Shown piece by piece: positions 29,226 to 37,500 of a DNA stretch of 49,603 bases. The stretch lies in the NCBI GenBank assembly GCA_009691905.1, contig SIAF01000001.1, positions 1-49,603 on the forward strand. Reading direction: 5' to 3'. Numbering within the stretch: the stretch's first letter is position 1; every line of letters starts with the position of its first letter. Below the pieces are notes generated by a model that did not search any database, was not told where the DNA came from, and saw nothing but the letters and a program-made list of their open reading frames with translations. Source of the DNA: Planctomycetaceae bacterium (lineage in GTDB: Bacteria; Planctomycetota; Planctomycetia; Planctomycetales; Planctomycetaceae). A program made the position numbers and the translations under genes.

Positions 29226-29398
29226 CGTTTATTGCGCCCGTTCGGCAGTCACTGGCGGTCGAATCGAACCCTCTTTCGTAAACTCCCCCCGGCCCGCCAG
29301 TTTTTCGTTGACTCACGTCCCCGGCTCGGTACGATAAACTCAAGGGATTGTGTCAGCGAACCGGATTCGCATTTGATTGTTCGAATCGAGGCTTTTTC

Positions 29399-31204
29399 AT
29401 GCTCCGGATCAGTTTTCGCTTTCCGTGCTGCCGTTTCACCACCTGTTGTCTCGCTGTGGCGTTAGGAGTCGCTGTCGGCCTGACGGCCGTCCGTAGCGGT
29501 TGTGCCGAATCCAAAGCGGCGGCCGACACGCGAAAGCAGCCGGCTGCCGCGTTTGACGACGCCGCGTTCCAGGCGCGTCTCGAAGCCGGTGAACACGGCC
29601 CGGCGCTCGACATGGCTTTGGCCCTGCCGGCGAATGAACTGCGCGATCAGAAACTGCGAGAACTGGCACTCGCCCAACGGCTGGGGACGGACGGGGCAGC
29701 CGTGCAATCGACCACGCGGCGACGTCTGGAGCTCCGCTCGCGGAAGCCAAAACCCGATGCCGGATCGGGCACACAGGCGGGTGGCGGCTCGCAAGCCGAC
29801 TTCACCGAGCTGATCGACCTGATTAAATCGACTCTGCCGGAGAACAGCGACACCGAAGCCAATGATTGGGACGACAACGGCGGCCCCGGCCAAGTTAAGC
29901 CGTACAACACGGGGGTGTACGTCGACCCCAAAGGCATTTTGAAACTTTTGACCAAAGAAGAAGCGAACGCCCGGCTCGCCGGCCTCGCTCGCCGCGCCCG
30001 CGTCGCCGACCTCAATGACGATCTGGCCGAATCGAGCCCGCTGCGGCTGTTGTCGTTGCGAAAACTCGAGAAGGCGGTCGCTGAGAGGCTCGCCGCCGGA
30101 TTGCCGATCCCCGAAACCATGAATCGCCTCGCGGGCATCACGTCGGTCCGCTATTTGTTCATCTCGGAAACCGACGGCGACATCTTGATCGGCGGACCGG
30201 CCGAAGGCTGGAAGTACGATGCCAACGGCCGACCGGTGGGCCGCGATTCGGGTCGACCGATGTTGCAACTCGACGACCTGGTCGTAGTGTTGCGTTCGTT
30301 CGCCCCCGGCGGCGACGAGAATTTCGGCTGCTCGATCAACACTCGCGACGCGAATTTGAAAAACGTCAAAGACTTCGTCGAAGGCTCGCAGCAGGCAGGT
30401 CCGCTGGGGCCGGGCAAGCTTGGCGGGTGGCTCAAGCAGTTGCAGGCCCGTTTGGGGATGCAGGATGTCGTCGTCCACGGGGTTCCCGCCAACACGCACG
30501 TCGCCCAGGTGCTGGTCGAGGCCGACTACCGCATGAAGCTGATCGGCGTCGCCAAGCTCGACGGGGGCAAAGAGATCCCCAGCTACTTCAAGCTGATGCA
30601 GTCAGCCGGCGGGGTCAAAGGGGCGTCGCTCGAAGCCCTGCGGTGGTGGATGACGATGAAGTACGATGCGATCCTTCACAGCCCCGACCGGAACGCCTTC
30701 GAATTCCAGGGTTCGTCGGTGCTGGTCCAATCGGAAAATCAGTTCGTCAACGCCCACGGGCAGCACGTCCCGACGGGGGTCTCTGAGCCGATCAATCGCC
30801 GATTTGCCGAGAACTTCACCGAACACTACGCCGATCTGGCCCAGCGCGATCCGGTGTTCGCCGACATGCGAAACATTTTTGACCTGGCCCTCGTCGCCGT
30901 CCTGTGCCGGGTCGAACGGGTCTGCGAACGCCTCGATTGGAACCTCGGCGCGTTCGCCCCGAACGGAGCTTTTGTTCCGGCTGCGGTCTACGCTCCTCGC
31001 GAAGTCGAGTCGGTGATCAATCATCGGGTCTACAACGGCAAAGACATCGTCGTGCAGGTCGCGGGGGGGGTGCAGGTCGACCTGACGGCCATCGCCCGCG
31101 ACGAAAACCTGGCGAAAGAAGACGCCGATTTGTCGCAAGCCGCGTCCCGCGCCCAGCCCGCCCGAGCGATTGAAAGCCAGTGGTGGTGGGACGCGCCGAA
31201 ATGA
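29399..31204 (+). CDS. DUF1598-type secreted protein (planctomycete family, function unknown)
   Basis: Start is MLRISFRFPCCRFTTCCLAVALGVAVG (signal). The central and C-terminal region (YLFISETDGDILIGGPAEGW...LQLDDLVVVLRS...NFGCSINTRD...EADYRMKLIG) matches my recollection of DUF1598. Confidence 0.7.
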   Translation: MLRISFRFPCCRFTTCCLAVALGVAVGLTAVRSGCAESKAAADTRKQPAAAFDDAAFQARLEAGEHGPALDMALALPANELRDQKLRELALAQRLGTDGAAVQSTTRRRLELRSRKPKPDAGSGTQAGGGSQADFTELIDLIKSTLPENSDTEANDWDDNGGPGQVKPYNTGVYVDPKGILKLLTKEEANARLAGLARRARVADLNDDLAESSPLRLLSLRKLEKAVAERLAAGLPIPETMNRLAGITSVRYLFISETDGDILIGGPAEGWKYDANGRPVGRDSGRPMLQLDDLVVVLRSFAPGGDENFGCSINTRDANLKNVKDFVEGSQQAGPLGPGKLGGWLKQLQARLGMQDVVVHGVPANTHVAQVLVEADYRMKLIGVAKLDGGKEIPSYFKLMQSAGGVKGASLEALRWWMTMKYDAILHSPDRNAFEFQGSSVLVQSENQFVNAHGQHVPTGVSEPINRRFAENFTEHYADLAQRDPVFADMRNIFDLALVAVLCRVERVCERLDWNLGAFAPNGAFVPAAVYAPREVESVINHRVYNGKDIVVQVAGGVQVDLTAIARDENLAKEDADLSQAASRAQPARAIESQWWWDAPK

Positions 31205-32304
31205 GCCGCGTTCTGTCTGGCTCGTCGGCGACTGGTGTATCAGGGCAAGCCCTTGCCACCACCGGTTTGCGCCCCGCCAGTCAGTCCGACCGTCCGTTTC
31301 GCCGCCCGGCCTTGAGCCGGCGCGTTGGTGCCTTGGGTCACACCCTGCGCCACGCTGCTTTCAGCAGCCGCTGGTCGGCGTTCAACGGGTCGCTGCTGAT
31401 CCATACCCTGGCCCTGGTCTGTTTCTCGATTTGCACCTGGACAGAGCCGGCGCCGGTCGAAAGGTCGAGATTTCTGTCGGTGTGTGCCGACACTGAGACA
31501 GTCGTCGGCTTCGATGAAGTTATCGCCCAACTGGGCAGCGGCCCCTCGCCCAACGATCCGATCGCCGGTGGTTCGCAGGGTCCGACGTCCGAAATTGAAA
31601 CGGTTCCAAGTTTGCAACCGACCGAAGCGCCGCTGGTCGCCGCCGATCTCGATTCCGCCTTCGACTCCGTAGGCAGCCTGGCAGAAGTCTGGCCAGCGGC
31701 TTCCGAGCCGGCGATCACCTCGGGGGTCGGCGCACCGGGGGTCGGGTCGGGCACAGGCTCGGGAACGGGCGTCGGCGGCGGGTCGGGGTCGGGAGGGCGT
31801 GCGAAGTTTTTTCACCTGCGCGCCGAGGGAGACAAAATCGTGTACCTCGTCGACTGCTCGGACAGCATGCTCAAGTCGCATAACCGCCAGACGCGGCGGC
31901 TGGTGCGTGTCAAGGAAGAGCTGCATCGCTCGATTGACGAACTGGCACCGGACGTTCGTTTTCTGGTGGTGTTTTTCAACAGCAACGCGGTGCCCATGCC
32001 CGACAAGTCGCCGCAACTGGCGACCCCTGAAAACAAGCGCCGTGTTCTGGAATGGATCGACGACATTCACGGGGGCGGCGCGACCGACCCGACCCCTGCC
32101 CTGGCCCTGGCCACGGCTTTGAAGCCCGACGACATTTTTCTGCTGACCGACGGCAGTTTCAACAAAGTCGTCGTCGATCGTGCCCGGCAGCTCAATACGC
32201 ACCATGCCCGTATCCATACCGTGTCAATGGGCGATAAGCGAGGCGAGCAATTGCTGATCACGATTGCCGAAACTAACGGCGGCACCCACGCCTACGTCCC
32301 CTGA
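31201..32304 (+). CDS. Membrane-anchored von Willebrand factor type A (VWA) domain protein
   Basis: The ATG at 31201 overlaps the upstream TGA (ATGA). It has a TM helix (LLIHTLALVCFSICTW) and a Gly/Ser-rich linker. The VWA domain has a MIDAS motif (YLVDCSDSM...GGGATDP...FLLTDG). Confidence 0.8.
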   Translation: MSRVLSGSSATGVSGQALATTGLRPASQSDRPFRRPALSRRVGALGHTLRHAAFSSRWSAFNGSLLIHTLALVCFSICTWTEPAPVERSRFLSVCADTETVVGFDEVIAQLGSGPSPNDPIAGGSQGPTSEIETVPSLQPTEAPLVAADLDSAFDSVGSLAEVWPAASEPAITSGVGAPGVGSGTGSGTGVGGGSGSGGRAKFFHLRAEGDKIVYLVDCSDSMLKSHNRQTRRLVRVKEELHRSIDELAPDVRFLVVFFNSNAVPMPDKSPQLATPENKRRVLEWIDDIHGGGATDPTPALALATALKPDDIFLLTDGSFNKVVVDRARQLNTHHARIHTVSMGDKRGEQLLITIAETNGGTHAYVP

Positions 32305-32524
32305 AGCCGTGCGCAAAAACGGATGTTTCGGCCGCCGATGGATCTGCGCGCATTTCCCGCGCCCGATCGATCGTGTCCAGCAGCGGGCTTCGAAGGCGGC
32401 GCTCGTTTGCGCGATGCAGGGCCTCTCGAAATCACCTTTCCTCAACTCGGGCGTTCCGATAGAATTCGGCTGGCCTGACTGACGTCTCGCCGGCAGAAGG
32501 CTCGTTCCATCCCGCTCCTTTATC

Positions 32525-34156
32525 GTGCGCCGCATGTCGCCGCGATTTACTTTTCACGCAGTGGTGTTGTGGCTCGCTGCGGCGGGGACGCTGATGGCCC
32601 CGACAGCGCCGCCAGGGCTGACGACGTCGGCGGCGTTGGGGGCGGGTTCACCGCGAATTCGAACTGTGGCCCGGCGTCCGCGCGACGTCTCGCAGTTCAA
32701 GCGGCAACATGCCGAACGTCGGGACAAATTCACCGCCGCGCTGGACGATCTGGCGAGCGATTGTGACTCCAAAGGCCTTGCCGACGCGGCCGAGGGCATT
32801 CGCCGCCTTGCCGAGCCGGTGGACACGGCCGAATTGCGGATGGCGCCGCTGCCCCACGCCGTTCTTGAGCCGATTTCGCACGACTTGCCCGCCGACGAGC
32901 GTCTCTGGCGCACGCAGTTGAGATTCCAGCAGGAATCGTACGCCAAAGATCTGTACCTCTTGTCGCGGACCGCGCAGCTCTCGGGACACATCAGTTTCGC
33001 GTTCGACCTCGTGCGCGAAGCCGCGTTCAATCATCCCGATCACAAGGCGGCCCGCCGCGTGCTGGGGTTCGTCCAGAGCGGCGACGAATGGCTCTCGTCG
33101 TTCGAAGACAAGATGCAGAAGGACAAAAAGGTCTGGCACGACGAATTCGGTTGGATCCCGCGGGAACACGTCGAACGCTACGAGCGCGGCGAACGGTACT
33201 ACAAAGGCAAGACCGGCGCGGCCCAGTGGATGAGTGCGGCCAAAGAGGCCGAGCTGCACCGCAAATTCTCCAACGCCTGGGAGATTCGAACCGAGCATTA
33301 CCTTGTGAAAACCAACCACAGTCTCGAACGGGGTGTCCAGATCGCGAAGAAGCTGGAAGGCGTGCATAGCCTCTTTTTTCAACTGATGGCGGGCTTTTTC
33401 AACGCCCCCGAGCAGGTTCGCAAACTGTACGAAGGCTCGAGTGCCAAATTGCCGCCAATGCCCAAGGCCAACGTCGTGCACTATTATCGCGAGCGGCAGG
33501 AGTACCTCGATACGCTAAAACTTTTGACCGATCAGCCGATCGAAATCACGCGCGGGATGTACTTCCCGCGCGGGGGCATTGCCTACTTCTTTTTCGACCC
33601 CAATGCGAACGACGACTCGACGCTGTACCACGAGGCGACGCACCAACTGCTCTCGGGCAGCCGCCCCAAAACGGGCGACGTCGGCATTAAGAACAGCTTC
33701 TGGATCATCGAAGGCATCGCCTGCTATATGGAATCGTTCCATCGCGACGGCGATCGGTTTTCAGTCGGCGATCCCAGGCACGAACGAATTCAGTCAGCCC
33801 GCTATCACCTGATTGACGAACACTACTACGTTCCCTTCCGCGAATTCGCGCGGATGGGCATGGTGGCCTTTCAGGGCATCCCGACGCCCCGCATCGGCAA
33901 GAATTACAGCCAGGGGGCGGCGCTGACGCACTTCTTCATGCACTATGACGACGGCCGTTATCGGGAAGCCCTGATCGAGCATCTCTCGCAGGTCTACAGC
34001 CCCACGAAATTCGTCCGCGAAGCCCCCGAATCGCTGGAAGACCTGACCGGCACCGAAGCCGAAGAACTCGACCAGCAGTACGCCGAGTACATCCGCAACC
34101 TGACGCTTGAGCCCCCCCCGCGGCCGTCGCGCGAATCGGCCGGCGTCGGGAAATGA
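32525..34156 (+). CDS. DUF1570-type putative MA-clan metallopeptidase, secreted
   Basis: It has a signal peptide and the motifs LYHEATHQLL (HExxH) and FWIIEGIACYMES downstream, as in DUF1570. The start is GTG 32525 or ATG 32534. Confidence 0.75.
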   Translation: MRRMSPRFTFHAVVLWLAAAGTLMAPTAPPGLTTSAALGAGSPRIRTVARRPRDVSQFKRQHAERRDKFTAALDDLASDCDSKGLADAAEGIRRLAEPVDTAELRMAPLPHAVLEPISHDLPADERLWRTQLRFQQESYAKDLYLLSRTAQLSGHISFAFDLVREAAFNHPDHKAARRVLGFVQSGDEWLSSFEDKMQKDKKVWHDEFGWIPREHVERYERGERYYKGKTGAAQWMSAAKEAELHRKFSNAWEIRTEHYLVKTNHSLERGVQIAKKLEGVHSLFFQLMAGFFNAPEQVRKLYEGSSAKLPPMPKANVVHYYRERQEYLDTLKLLTDQPIEITRGMYFPRGGIAYFFFDPNANDDSTLYHEATHQLLSGSRPKTGDVGIKNSFWIIEGIACYMESFHRDGDRFSVGDPRHERIQSARYHLIDEHYYVPFREFARMGMVAFQGIPTPRIGKNYSQGAALTHFFMHYDDGRYREALIEHLSQVYSPTKFVREAPESLEDLTGTEAEELDQQYAEYIRNLTLEPPPRPSRESAGVGK

Positions 34157-34182
34157 GGGGCGAGGGGCGAGGGGCGAAGGGT
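34155..34182 (+). repeat. (GAGGGGC)3 + GAAGGGT heptamer array (G-rich on the plus strand)
   Basis: G4 tracts lie at 34157-60, 34164-67 and 34171-74, and a G3 tract at 34179-81. The array overlaps the TGA of the DUF1570 gene and directly abuts the stop of the four-helix-bundle gene. Confidence 0.9.
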
Positions 34183-34548
34183 TTAGGGACGAGATTGCAG
34201 GGCTTTGCGCAGGCCGGCCAGCATGCGGCTGATTTCGTCCGACAGACTCAGGCATTTCTCCAGGTCGTCCTTCTTCAGAAGATCGACGTCGTGACTGAGG
34301 ATCAAGTGCGTTTCCAGTTCGGCCAACGATCCCTGTGCGACGCTCAAGTAATTCAGGTATTCCTTCGTGTGCGCCCTCGCGTTCCCCTCGGCGATGTTTG
34401 CCGGGATTGAGGAGGCCGAGCGCCGAATCTGACTGGTCATCCCGAACAGTTCGCTCTTGGGAAACATCTTCGTCAGTTGGTAGCAGCGTTTGGCGAGAAT
34501 CATCGACTTCTGCCAAACAATCAACTCCCGATAATGCTGCGCTTTCAT
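34183..34548 (-). CDS. Four-helix-bundle protein (TIGR02436 / 23S rRNA intervening-sequence protein family, same family as DGR Avd)
   Basis: 121 aa. YRELIVWQKSMILAKRCYQLTKMFPKSELFGMTSQIRRSASSIPANIAEGNAR...YLNYLSVAQGSLAELETHLILS is the characteristic signature of this family. Confidence 0.9.
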   Translation of the reverse strand: MKAQHYRELIVWQKSMILAKRCYQLTKMFPKSELFGMTSQIRRSASSIPANIAEGNARAHTKEYLNYLSVAQGSLAELETHLILSHDVDLLKKDDLEKCLSLSDEISRMLAGLRKALQSRP

Positions 34549-34554
34549 GTTTTT

Positions 34555-34597
34555 CCCTCTCGCCCCTCGCCCCTCGCCCCTCGCCCCTAGCCCCTAG
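34555..34597 (+). repeat. CCCTCTCG-(CCCCTCG)3-(CCCCTAG)2 heptamer array (C-rich on plus strand, inverted relative to 34155-34182)
   Basis: The array starts 6 nt from the four-helix-bundle ATG. Its last two units encode the final Ala-Arg-Gly-stop of the CusA-like gene. 34562-34582 is the perfect complement of 34155-34175 (21 bp). Confidence 0.9.
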
Positions 34598-37500
34598 CCG
34601 CCTCCCGTTCTCGCTGCAATTTAAGCCACCGCCCGCGGCGGACCCAATAGAAGCGCACGGGGAGAAACAAATCGACCACTTCGTCGGAGATCAACAATCC
34701 CCCCAGCACAGGCAGCGCCATCGGGGCCAGGATTTCGCCGCCGACCCCCGTGGCGAACACCATCGGAAAGATGGCGATGATCGCCACCCCTTCGGTGAGC
34801 AGCTTGGGGCGCAGGCGATGGACGGCCCCCTCGATGACCGCCTGCCGCAGCTCGTCGAGGGACTGGATGTTTTCCAACCCGCCGCGTTTCTCAATCGCCT
34901 CGCGCAGGTAAACCAGCATGATAATGCCGGTTTCCGTCGCCATCCCGAAGCAGGCGATGAAACCGACCCACACGGCAACGCTGAAATCCATCGGCGGGGC
35001 GCTCCACCCCTGCATGATCTTGGGAAACAGGAACATGAAAAACGCCCCGCCGGCCAGTGCCTCGGGGACGGCCAGCATCATCAGGGCGGCGTCGGCCAGG
35101 TCGTGGTACGTCATGTACAAGATCACGAAAATCAGCACGATCACGGCGGGAAACACGAATCGCAAGGTGCGCGCGGCTCGCACCTGGTGCTCGAACTCGC
35201 CGCTCCACTCGATGTGTACTCCTTCGGGCAGTTTGACCTTCTGACTGACGACGCGCTGCGCCTCGTCGACGAAGCCCACGATGTCGCGGCCGCGGACGTT
35301 GAGGGTCACTGCATTGAGCAACCGCCCGTTTTCGCTTTTGATCATCGCCGGGCCTTCGACGATGCGAACATCGGCCAGCGCCCCCAGCGGGATCAGCGGT
35401 TTGCCGCGCAGCGCATGCCCCGGCGTTGCGGAGTGCGACTCGCCCCCGGAGGGGGGTGCTGCGACTGTCCCCACCCCGCCCCCGAAACGAACCGTGGCTT
35501 CGCCCGAATCGGCATCCATCGTCGTGGGCGCGCCCCTCCCCGTCGGCGCGCTCATGCTGCCGGGGCTGACCAGCAGCCGGCGAATACTCTCTTCGTCTTC
35601 GCGATGGACGCGCGCATAGCGGATGCGGACCGGAAATCGTTCGCGCTTCTCGACGGTGTAAGTCACTGCGCGCCCGGCCAGGGCGACTTCGATCTCGTTC
35701 TGAATGTCTTCGACCGAGATGCCGTACCGGGCCGCCTGCTCGCGATCGATGTCGATTTGCAGGTAACCCTTGCCCATGATGGGCGAGGCGATCGTGTCGC
35801 GTGCGCCTTTGAGCGGCTTCAAGGCCGCTTCGATGTCTTTGCAGACGCGGTCGATCGTATCCAGATCGGGACCAAAGACTTTAACGCCGATGTCGGTCCG
35901 GACGCCGGTCGAGAGCATTTCGATGCGGTTGATGATCGGCTGCGTGAAAATGTTGCTCCAGCCGGGCACCTGCAAGACGCGACCCATCTCGTCGTCCACG
36001 AGCACAGCCTTGGGGCCGTTCGCTCTGGACCAGAAAAAGGTTCGCTCATGAAATGGCCTTTCAAGCTCGGTGCGCAGCGCCAGAAACGGCTCAATCGCAG
36101 CGCTGTCGAATTCGTGGCCGAGTTGAATTTGCAGGGTGGCCGCGGCAAAGCGTTCGAGGGCAGCCCCCTGTGGTGCGTCGCCGACCAGCTTGGCGGCGAT
36201 CGCGGCTTTCGCGACTTCCTCCAGGGCATATGCCGTATAGGCTTCGATGCCGCGGTCGAACAGTTCCCAGTTGATCTCGCGGACCCGCTCGTGCCAAAGT
36301 TCCAGCCGGCGCGCTTCAATCGAGTGCAGTAATTCGCCGGCAACGGTGGGGCGCTCGCCTCCCAGTGCTTGGGCAACCAGGTGGTAGGCCTGTGCCGGCA
36401 ATGACCCTTTCCATTCCAACGCTTCGACGACGCTATTGATGATTCCGCGCTCATGCAGGTCGCGAGCCGTTTCCTGCGTCAACAGGGTGACATCCTCCAA
36501 AGCCGGATTGCGGGCCAGCCAGCGGCCGAATTGCGGGGTAATCGCCGCGGTCAGACGCTCGATGTGACTTTGCTCGCTGTCTGGTGCGGGCCACTGCAAA
36601 TGGCCGGCGGCGTGCATGCGGCCGACCAGGTCGGTGATAGCGACGCGGGTCAGCGCCGACTCGAGCTCGCGCTCGAATTCCTGATAGCGCAGCGATGCCA
36701 ACTCGCGCAGCGTCTCGTCGAACCGCTCGAGTGCCCTTTGGGTCGCGTCGTTGAGGACGTTTTTCCGCGCTTCATCGAATTGCTGCTGCTTTTTCTCATC
36801 CTCGGGCGCAGGAGGCAGATGACCGTGCTGTTCCAGCGCCTGCCAGACGGCGGAGCTCTGTTGGAGGGCGTCATCGAACTTCAGCACGCGTTTGGGCCAG
36901 AGTTCCTTGGGGCGGAAGTTGACGAACGTCTCGACCATGTCGAGCGGCGCGGGATCGGTGGGAGTGTCGGCTCGGCCCGCCTTGCCGATCACCGACTCGA
37001 CTTCGGGAAAACCCCGCAACAGCGCATCGCGCGCCTTCAAGTCGTCGGCCGCTTCGGTCACGCTGGCCCGTGGAACGGTCACCGGCATGTCGAGTGTCGT
37101 CCCCTCGTCGAGGGCCGGCATGAAGGCCACGCCGATCTTCGGGAAATGGTAGGCCCACAGGCCGATCAGCACCAGACTGGACAAGATGATCGTTCGCCAG
37201 ACCACGACGCGTTGAGTCTTGAATGCCAGAATAAATAACCCGGTGACGATCGCGGCGGCATAGCCATAGCAAATACATTTGAGTGGCCAGATCGCAATCT
37301 CGAATGGCGTCTTGGTGAGCAACAGGCCGATTTGCGGAGCGACCCAGACGAAGCCGACTGCGATAGCGACCAGCGCCAAAGCGAGCATGAAAAACAGCAT
37401 ATCGCGCAGGAATGACACGAAGCCCTGTCCGCGTTTCCCTGTCGTGGCAAGTACGGTCAATGACGACACCAGCCCGAACACCGTCAGAAAACACCATCGC

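Noticed and set aside
34183-34548. Four-helix-bundle gene as the Avd component of a diversity-generating retroelement.
   Set aside because: No reverse transcriptase ORF and no template/variable repeat pair with A-specific mismatches is visible anywhere in the window.
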